This document shows positions 15,200 through 23,147 of a stretch of DNA of 24,000 nt, piece after piece. A program made the position numbers and the translations under genes. Origin of the DNA: Algihabitans sp. (GTDB taxonomy: Bacteria > Pseudomonadota > Alphaproteobacteria > Kiloniellales > DSM-21159); assembly GCF_965226985.1 (NCBI RefSeq), contig NZ_OZ245712.1:915261-939260 (forward strand). Direction: 5' to 3'. Position 1 is the stretch's first letter. Every line of letters starts with the position of its first letter. The notes below the pieces were generated by a model that saw only the letters and a program-made list of their open reading frames with translations, did no database searches and was not told where the DNA came from.

Positions 15200-16026
15200 G
15201 CCTCGACCTCGGCAGCCCCGGACGTAAGCCCCGGAAACAGGGGCGCTAAGGTCTTGTCGTAGGTCTGGAGGTAGTCCCGGAAGGAGGTGCCGCCTGTGCC
15301 GACCTCGACGCCGACGATCTCGAGCTGCCGCGTCGCTAGCTGCAGATGCGCGCGATGAAACTGCAGTTGATGGCGGTCGTAGGCGGCGAATTCGGCCAGC
15401 AAGGCCGCCGTGGCCTCGTCCCGGCGCAGCTCCGCCAGGGCGGCGGAGACCTCCTCGGCGGGTGCATTCTCCAGCAGCCGCCGATAGTAGTGGGCGAGCC
15501 CGTGATGCCGGTAGCGCTCCAGCCAGTTACTCACCTGTGCGCCGTAGCGCCTCTCGAACTCGCTCTCGGCGATATGAACCGCCCCGGACGCGTCTGCGGT
15601 GCCGCCCTGCCAGTAGCGCGGAACGCCGCTCATGATTTCCAGTTGGCGAAACTGGAACGACTGGAAGCCGCTGGTCGGGCCGATCGAGGTACGAAACTCG
15701 GCAAAGGCACGCAGGCCGCCCAGGATCGGCATGGTGGCGTTGACCGTTCGCCACAGCTTGTTGACCCTCTTCAGGAAGTAGACCGCTTCGTCGCGCTCCG
15801 GGACGGCGAGGGCGTCCAGGGTGCGCTCCAAGTCCAGGATCATCTGATGAAAGGCCAGCTCGCAGATCTGGTGGATCGCGATGAAGAGATCTTCGTCCTG
15901 GGAAGCCGTGATCGGTTGTTTGCAGGCCAGCAGACTCTCGAGACTGTGATAGCTCCAGTAGTGATTGTCCTCCGCGCGCAGATCCGGATCGCGTGGCGGG
16001 AGCGGTTTGGCATCATAAGGCTTCAT
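15196..16026 (-). CDS. Tryptophan 2,3-dioxygenase-like haem dioxygenase
   Basis: TDO family motifs are present: DEDLFIAIHQICELAF, FRTSIGPTSGFQSFQFRQLE, a proximal-His region (QFHRAHLQ) and GTGGTSFRDYL. An AAAGG(T)G SD-like sequence lies about 7 nt upstream of ATG 16026. Confidence 0.8.
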   Translation of the reverse strand: MKPYDAKPLPPRDPDLRAEDNHYWSYHSLESLLACKQPITASQDEDLFIAIHQICELAFHQMILDLERTLDALAVPERDEAVYFLKRVNKLWRTVNATMPILGGLRAFAEFRTSIGPTSGFQSFQFRQLEIMSGVPRYWQGGTADASGAVHIAESEFERRYGAQVSNWLERYRHHGLAHYYRRLLENAPAEEVSAALAELRRDEATAALLAEFAAYDRHQLQFHRAHLQLATRQLEIVGVEVGTGGTSFRDYLQTYDKTLAPLFPGLTSGAAEVEA

Positions 16027-16112
16027 GGCGCACCTTTGGCGATCCGGCTTCAGTCTTCGGGGCCGCTAGGCTATGAGGCCGCCGTCGGCCGCACAACTGT
16101 AGGATTGTTAGG

Positions 16113-17144
16113 ATGACTGCCGCTGCTCCTCCGCCCTACGAGGTCTTCGAGGAGACCGATTGGCCGCTGGTCGGCGGCCAGCGGCTGCCACGCGCCCGAC
16201 TGGCCTACCGGAGCCACGGACGGGTCGGCGAAGGCCTGCCGATCCTGACCTGTACGGCCTTTGCGCAGACGCCCGCCGACCTGGACTATCTGGTCGGACC
16301 CGGCCGACCGTTGGATCCGACGCGCCACTGGCTGATCCGGACGGAGCTGCTGGGTAACGGCCGCTCGTCGTCTCCCTCCAACACGCCGCCGCCGTTCGAC
16401 GGTCCCGACTTTCCGCCGGTGACAATTCGCGACAACGTCGCGCTTCAGGCCCGGCTACTCGATCATCTTGGTGTGGGGCGCCTCGGGGCCGTCGTCGGGG
16501 CCAGCATGGGCGGGCAGCAGGCGCTGCAGTGGGCGGTCAGCCATCCCGATCGGGTGGCCCGGGCGGTCGTTCTGGTCGGATCGGCTCGTGCCGGCCTGCA
16601 CCAGCAGCTCTTCCTGCACAGCCTGGAGCGGGCCCTGACCGCCGATCCCGCCTTCGCGGCCGGCCGCTACGACGCACCGCCGCTCGAGGGGCTGTCGCGC
16701 CTGTCCGAAACCTGGGCGCCCTGGGCCCTGTCTCCGGACTTCTTCCGCCTCGGCCATTATCTCGAGTACGAGGATACCGCTGCCGGCGACCTGGAGGGCT
16801 TTCTCGCGAAGTGGCGCCGCCGCTACCATGATCGCGATGCCAATGACCTGATCTGCCACCTACGCACTTGGCGGGCTCATGACATCGCAGGGGCGGGAGG
16901 GGATTTCGCTTCGGCCGCCGCCGCGGCGCGTCTGCCGATCCTTTTCCTGCCGTCTGCCAGCGACGCCTACTTCACGCCGGAACAAGTCATAGCCGAGGCG
17001 GCGGCTTTCCCGCAGGCACGCGTCCAGGTGATCGAAAGCCTGTCCGGTCATGCCGCCGGATTCGGACGGTCGGACTCGGATCGCTCCGCAGTTTTTCAGG
17101 CGATTTCAGACTTTCTTAACCATGATGATCATCCACTCGGCTGA
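16113..17144 (+). CDS. Alpha/beta hydrolase, homoserine O-acetyltransferase (MetX)-like
   Basis: The 343-aa protein has a nucleophile elbow GASMGGQQALQWAVSHPDRV. Candidate Asp (PSASDAYF) and His (LSGHAAGF) complete a Ser-Asp-His triad. The overall layout resembles the MetX family. Confidence 0.8.
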   Translation: MTAAAPPPYEVFEETDWPLVGGQRLPRARLAYRSHGRVGEGLPILTCTAFAQTPADLDYLVGPGRPLDPTRHWLIRTELLGNGRSSSPSNTPPPFDGPDFPPVTIRDNVALQARLLDHLGVGRLGAVVGASMGGQQALQWAVSHPDRVARAVVLVGSARAGLHQQLFLHSLERALTADPAFAAGRYDAPPLEGLSRLSETWAPWALSPDFFRLGHYLEYEDTAAGDLEGFLAKWRRRYHDRDANDLICHLRTWRAHDIAGAGGDFASAAAAARLPILFLPSASDAYFTPEQVIAEAAAFPQARVQVIESLSGHAAGFGRSDSDRSAVFQAISDFLNHDDHPLG

Positions 17145-17195
17145 GTCTTACGTATCACTTCCTATATGAGAGGTGATTGGGCCAGCGAGCGCCCT

Positions 17196-17243
17196 TGTCA
17201 CGCGGATCCCCTGTCACGCAGATCCCCCGTCACGCGGATCTGT
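17196..17243 (+). repeat. Three tandem copies of a 16-bp direct repeat (plus a degenerate fourth)
   Basis: TGTCACGCGGATCCCC / TGTCACGCAGATCCCC / CGTCACGCGGATCTGT, followed by a degenerate CGTCCGC... The repeat lies in the intergenic region 35-80 bp upstream of ATG 17278. Confidence 0.85.
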
Positions 17244-17277
17244 CGTCCGCTCCGATGGCTTCGAGAACGAGGACGTT

Positions 17278-18021
17278 ATGACCCTGAAAAGACCTCTGCT
17301 CCTGCGCACGGCGATTGTGGGTGGCCTTGCCGCTGCCCTATGCCTTCCGGCGGTCGCGTCCATCCCGACGGACGGCGGTCTCGACTTCCGTGTTCTGCGT
17401 GGCGATTCTCCGTTGGGCGAGCATCGCCTGAGCTTTACGGAGCGTGACGGCCAACTGGAAGTGCTGGTTACCATCGATCTGGAGGTCACAGTCGGACCCT
17501 TCACCTTCTTCCGATACAGCCACGAGAACCGAGAGATCTGGCGCGACGGACAACTCGTCAGTCTGGTGGCGGAGACCAACGACGACGGTGACGACTACTT
17601 CGTGCGTGCCCAACAGACGCCGGAGGGCATGCGGATCGAGACCAAGGACGGTAAGGAGGTGGTGCCGACGTCGCTTCTAACCACCAGTTACTGGAACTAC
17701 GACATGGTGGAGGCCGAACGCCTGCTGGACACCCAGAAAGGCCAGGTTCGGGAGGTCTCGACCGAGCTGGTCGGACCGTCGGACGTGTGGGTCGATGGAG
17801 AGGTCATCGAGGCACGTCACTACCGTATGAGCGGCGATCTCGATCTCGATATCTGGTACGACGCCAACAATGAGTGGGTGAAGACCGCGTTCGAGATCAA
17901 CGGCGAGCAGATCGAGTATTTCCGAGGCGGCATCCCCGAGGACCTGGAGCGGGTCAGTTTCTTTGCCGGCCAGGAGGAGGAACGCGAGAACTCGCTGCTG
18001 AACAATCAGAACGACCGCTAG
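17278..18021 (+). CDS. Secreted hypothetical protein (Sec signal peptide, beta-rich; possibly a DUF6134-like family)
   Basis: The internal ATG 17278 has GAGGA 5 nt upstream. It gives MTLKRPLLLRTAIVGGLAAALCLPAVA|SIP, a signal peptide. The mature part has alternating beta-strand-like patterns. The family assignment is from memory and is weak. Confidence 0.7.
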   Translation: MTLKRPLLLRTAIVGGLAAALCLPAVASIPTDGGLDFRVLRGDSPLGEHRLSFTERDGQLEVLVTIDLEVTVGPFTFFRYSHENREIWRDGQLVSLVAETNDDGDDYFVRAQQTPEGMRIETKDGKEVVPTSLLTTSYWNYDMVEAERLLDTQKGQVREVSTELVGPSDVWVDGEVIEARHYRMSGDLDLDIWYDANNEWVKTAFEINGEQIEYFRGGIPEDLERVSFFAGQEEERENSLLNNQNDR

Positions 18022-18036
18022 GTTTTCTTCGCACCT

Positions 18037-19602
<1,566 letters not shown>

Positions 19603-19618
19603 CGAGACACAAGGGGCC

Positions 19619-20413
19619 ATGACGGTGACGGGGAAGTCGAACGGCTGCGTCTGGATCACCGGGGCCTCTCAGGGACTGGGCCGGGCCTTGGCGCTGGAGC
19701 TGGTGCGGCGCGGCCGGACGGTGGTCGCCAGCGCACGCGGCGCCGACAAGCTGAACGAACTCGCCACCGAGGCTGCGATCCTTCAGGGATCCGGCCGTGT
19801 CGTGCCCTGGGCGTTGGATGTCACCGACGGTCCGGCGGTTGCGGAGGCCGTCCGGAAGATCGAAAGCGACGTCGGACCGATCGAGACGGCGGTGCTCAAC
19901 GCCGGCACGCATAGGCCCGTCGATGGCCGGCGGCTCAAGGCCGAGGACTTTCGCAAGCTACTCGACATCAACGTCATGGGGACTGTGCTCTGTTTGGAGC
20001 CCATCATCGCCGCCATGACGGCGCGCCGACGCGGGCGGATCGCCGTCGTGGCGTCCTTGTCCGGCTATCGCGGTCTGCCCTCTGCGGCCGCCTACGGCCT
20101 GACCAAGGCCGGGCTGATCAACATGTGCGAGTCGATGCGACCCGAACTGGCGCTCGCCGGACTGACCATGCAGGTGGTCAACCCCGGTTTCGTCCGGACG
20201 CCGCTCACCGACAAGAACGACTTCCCCATGCCCTTCCTGATGGAGCCCGAAGATGCCGCGCGAGCTTTCGCCGACGGCCTGGAGTCCGATCGCTTCGAAA
20301 TCGTCTTCCCGCGGCGCTTCGCCTACCTGCTGAAACTCTTGCAGCGCCTGCCGTATCGTCTCTACTTTCCGCTCGCTCGCCATATGGTCAAGGATCGGGA
20401 GCTGGCGGAGTGA
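19619..20413 (+). CDS. Short-chain dehydrogenase/reductase (SDR) family oxidoreductase
   Basis: The internal ATG 19619 follows AAGGGG. TGASQGLGRALA is the TGxxxGxG cofactor motif, followed by NAG and then SAAAYGLTKAG (YxxxK). It lies 16 nt after the photolyase stop. Confidence 0.9.
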   Translation: MTVTGKSNGCVWITGASQGLGRALALELVRRGRTVVASARGADKLNELATEAAILQGSGRVVPWALDVTDGPAVAEAVRKIESDVGPIETAVLNAGTHRPVDGRRLKAEDFRKLLDINVMGTVLCLEPIIAAMTARRRGRIAVVASLSGYRGLPSAAAYGLTKAGLINMCESMRPELALAGLTMQVVNPGFVRTPLTDKNDFPMPFLMEPEDAARAFADGLESDRFEIVFPRRFAYLLKLLQRLPYRLYFPLARHMVKDRELAE

Positions 20414-20844
20414 CGCCGGAGGAAACGTTCGAGCGCTACGCGAGGGCGTTCGAAGAGATGACGCCCGACACCCTCGACGACCTGGGGCAGTTGGTCGGTG
20501 ACGATCTCCATTTCGTCGATCCTTTCAACGACCTGCGCGGCCGCGAGGCTTTTCTCGATATCTTTCGCGAGATGTTCGGCCGATTGCAGGACCCGGCCTT
20601 CGCTGTCTCCGATGCGGCCATGGGACGACAGGCGGGCTACCTGCGCTGGTGCATGACCTTTCGAACCAAGCCGGGTGGGCCCCTATGGCAGATCGATGGA
20701 ATGTCCGAGCTTCACTTTGGTCCGGACGGTCGCGTCACGGCGCACATCGACCATTGGGATGCCGGCAGCCAGTTCTACGGCAAGCTGCCGGGTCTTGGAT
20801 GGCTGATCGAAAGGATACGTCGCCGACTGTCCCATGACGGATGA
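20410..20844 (+). CDS. NTF2-like (SnoaL-like) small protein
   Basis: GTG 20410 overlaps the SDR stop (GTGA). The 144-aa product (FERYARAFEEMTPDTLDDLGQLVGDDLHFVDPFNDLRGREAF...GRVTAHIDHWD) has the usual NTF2/SnoaL-like layout. The upstream 95 codons of track ORF 20125 overlap the SDR gene in another frame and are rejected. Confidence 0.75.
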   Translation: MTPEETFERYARAFEEMTPDTLDDLGQLVGDDLHFVDPFNDLRGREAFLDIFREMFGRLQDPAFAVSDAAMGRQAGYLRWCMTFRTKPGGPLWQIDGMSELHFGPDGRVTAHIDHWDAGSQFYGKLPGLGWLIERIRRRLSHDG

Positions 20845-20855
20845 CGTTGATCAGA

Positions 20856-20942
20856 CACGACCAGGGACCGAGTCCTGTCTATAGTCTTGGGCTAGGCCCT
20901 GGTCGTGCACCGTCTTCTTCCAGCCGAACCAAGAAGAAGGCG
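20856..20942 (+). terminator. Two consecutive stem-loops after the NTF2-like gene (possible operon terminator or structured element)
   Basis: CACGACCAGGG (20856-20866) pairs with CCCTGGTCGTG (20897-20907): 11-bp perfect arms with a 30-nt partly self-complementary loop. This is followed by CGTCTTCTTC (20911-20920) paired with GAAGAAGGCG (20933-20942). There is no U-tract, so it is not a canonical intrinsic terminator. Confidence 0.35.
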
Positions 20943-21158
20943 GCGCGCGATGTCGCGTCATGATCTCGATGATGCCTCTCGGCCCTTCATATTGGCAGTA
21001 TAAATACAAAATCCATATCTCTGGTCGAATTGGACTGCGCTCTTGGCAGCTTCCGATGGATAAATGCTTGTTCGGTAAGTCAAGGTTTATGCCGCATTAA
21101 TGAATTTGCGCCACTTTTGATGCGAATAGAATCAACATTTATTTGAGATCTATCGCCG

Positions 21159-22484
21159 ATGTCGAAGATGCTCCCGGCCGCATCGCAGGTACCGATCCCC
21201 TTCAACGAGCGCTATCGGCTGAGTGTTCTCAACGTCTGCGATGTGCTCGATCAGCCCGTCGATCCCGATTTGCAGCGGCTCGTAGAGCTGGCGTCCCGTC
21301 GCTTTGCCGTTCCCATAGCGCTCGTCTCCTTAATCGACGAGGACCGGCAGTGGTCCTTCGCACAGGTTGGCCTGACCGCCCGGGAAACGCCACGCGATCA
21401 AGCCTTTTGCGCGCATGCGATCGTTGCGGAGTCTCCCGTGATCGTGTGCGATGCGACCCAGGATCCACGTTTTCGCGACAATCCTCTGGTCGTCGGCCCT
21501 CCCTACATTCGGTTCTACGCCGGTGTGCCGCTTCTCGTCGAAGGCGCCGCGCTCGGCACGCTCTGCATCATCGATTTCGAGCCGCGAGCGCCTCTGAGTT
21601 CGGAAGAGCTGACCGATCTTCAGGATCTGGCGGGGCTGGCGACCGGCTTTTTCAAAGTGCGCCGCGATGCCCGCGGTGCAGCGCAGCAGAGACAGCCGGA
21701 GCAGGAGAAAGAGCGGATCCAGGCTCTGGCATTGCTGAGTCATGAACTGCGCACGCCGCTGAACGCGATTGTCGGCTTTGCCGAGTTGATTGCGGGGGAA
21801 ATCAACGGACCGATCCAGCCTCCCGTCTATCGCGAGTATGCGGAAGCCATGCGCGATGGCGGCCGCCGACTGGAGCGCTTCGCCGACCGTGTTCTGTCCT
21901 ACACGGAGATCGTCTACGGTCAGGTTCGGGTCCACGAGGAAGAGATCGGAGCACGAAACGTGGCTGAGCGTGCCTGCCGTCTGGTGGCGGCCAGAGCGGA
22001 GGCGAAGGGCATCTCGCTCCGGATCGAGCCCGATGGGCCGGCCGCCGATCATCTAACTCTACGTGTCGATCCTGCCTTGCTGGAACAAGCCCTGTTTCAG
22101 GTCCTGTCCAACGCGGTTGAACATGGAGTAGCGGAAAATCGTGGGACCAGCGAAGACGATCCGGTTCGGCCGGTCATCTTGATCTGGGGGCTGCACAACG
22201 GCGTCGCCAGCTTCGCGGTTCGTGACAGAGGAGTGGGGCTGTCGCCGGACAATTGGGAGAGCCTGACTTCTCCCTTCCATTGTGGAGACGGTGCCGGCAG
22301 ACAGGGTCAGGGAGACAGCAGCGACTGTGGGAACCTGGGGCTCGGACTGGCGCTCGCCAGACGTTTGGTCGAGCTTCACGGAGGGCGGTTGACGTTGGAT
22401 GACTGCAGTCTTGGTGAGGGCTGTACCGTGCGCTTGAACCTTCCACCCTGGCGGGTCGTCGACAACGGGCATCCTGCCGCCTGA
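21159..22484 (+). CDS. Soluble GAF-domain sensor histidine kinase
   Basis: N-terminal GAF domain: ERYRLSVLNVCDVLDQPVDPDLQRLVELA...FCAHAIV...DPRFRDNPLV...IRFYAGVPL. H-box LSHELRTPLNAIVGFAELI. N-box LSNAVEHG. G1 RDRGVGL. G2 GLGLGLALARRLVELHGG. No TM segments. No adjacent response regulator. Confidence 0.88.
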   Translation: MSKMLPAASQVPIPFNERYRLSVLNVCDVLDQPVDPDLQRLVELASRRFAVPIALVSLIDEDRQWSFAQVGLTARETPRDQAFCAHAIVAESPVIVCDATQDPRFRDNPLVVGPPYIRFYAGVPLLVEGAALGTLCIIDFEPRAPLSSEELTDLQDLAGLATGFFKVRRDARGAAQQRQPEQEKERIQALALLSHELRTPLNAIVGFAELIAGEINGPIQPPVYREYAEAMRDGGRRLERFADRVLSYTEIVYGQVRVHEEEIGARNVAERACRLVAARAEAKGISLRIEPDGPAADHLTLRVDPALLEQALFQVLSNAVEHGVAENRGTSEDDPVRPVILIWGLHNGVASFAVRDRGVGLSPDNWESLTSPFHCGDGAGRQGQGDSSDCGNLGLGLALARRLVELHGGRLTLDDCSLGEGCTVRLNLPPWRVVDNGHPAA

Positions 22485-22553
22485 CAAAGGCCCGTGCCAG
22501 TAGCCATCTTTGTACCAGCGGTTTGGACTGCGAGCCTGCGTCCGGTCGAGGCG

Positions 22554-23138
22554 TTACTCCGCGGCGCGTTGCAGGTCCGCGCCGCTCTGCTGTATGTCTG
22601 CCGCGGCGTCATCCTTCTGGAAGAAGATGGTCGCCGATCCGATTTGAAAGCCCCACTTGCTGACGTAGGCGCGGTTCACCATGGTCCCGTCTTCCTGCAG
22701 GAACATCCAATCCTCGAAGTGGACGTTCCAGGTCCGGCCGCCGACCTCCAGGTCCAGGTTGTAGCTCCAGGTGAAGGCGTTGCCGGCGGTCTGGCCGCGC
22801 GCAATGCCGGTTACGTCGTCCGCCGTGCCTTCGTAGGTGTTCTCGCCTGTCTTCGTCAGAGTCCAGATTCGTTGATCGATCTCTCCGTCGGCATAGAAGA
22901 AATCTTCGACCAGTGTCAGGGTCTGGCCATCCCAGGTGCCTTCGATATCGACCTTGAACTGACGACGCAGATTGCCGAAACGGTCCTCGAAGATTCCCCA
23001 GGCTCTAGTCTGCCCGGCGAAGAACTCCTCCAGGACCAGTTTTGGTTCGCGACCTTCAAACTCCTCGATATCCATCGATCCGCATCCTGAGATGGCAAGG
23101 GTGGCGAACAGTGCCGCTGCCAGTGACAGACGTTTCAT
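22554..23138 (-). CDS. DUF3833-family lipoprotein
   Basis: Lipobox LAISG|C after MKRLSLAAALFAT. The body (LEEFFAGQTRAWGIFEDRFGNLRRQF...DGEIDQRIWTL...YEGTADDV.G.A.G...GNAF.W.Y...FEDWMFL....VNR...KWGFQIG..TIFF) matches my memory of DUF3833 proteins. It starts 9 nt after the upstream MFS stop. Confidence 0.8.
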   Translation of the reverse strand: MKRLSLAAALFATLAISGCGSMDIEEFEGREPKLVLEEFFAGQTRAWGIFEDRFGNLRRQFKVDIEGTWDGQTLTLVEDFFYADGEIDQRIWTLTKTGENTYEGTADDVTGIARGQTAGNAFTWSYNLDLEVGGRTWNVHFEDWMFLQEDGTMVNRAYVSKWGFQIGSATIFFQKDDAAADIQQSGADLQRAAE

Positions 23139-23147
23139 GTTTAAGTC

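Noticed and set aside
17196-17243. Possible CRISPR array or mobile-element terminal repeats
   Set aside because: The only tandem repeat in the window is three head-to-tail copies of 16 bp with no spacers. There are no cas, transposase or integrase genes and no flanking inverted repeats or target duplications. It is treated as a promoter-region repeat instead.
20950-21003. 17-codon mini-ORF (MSRHDLDDASRPFILAV) in the leader upstream of the histidine kinase
   Set aside because: It has no SD and no evidence of conservation available here. Its length is compatible with chance in AT-rich DNA.
20994-21060. Two TGGCAG motifs that could hint at sigma-54 promoters
   Set aside because: Neither is followed by TTGC at the required N5 spacing (TGGCAG-tataa-ATACA; TGGCAG-cttcc-GATGG).
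21117-21135. TTGAT...ATCAA as an FNR/CRP-family box
   Set aside because: The half-sites are right but the spacer is 9 nt instead of 4. It is kept only as an unexplained inverted repeat, not as an FNR site.
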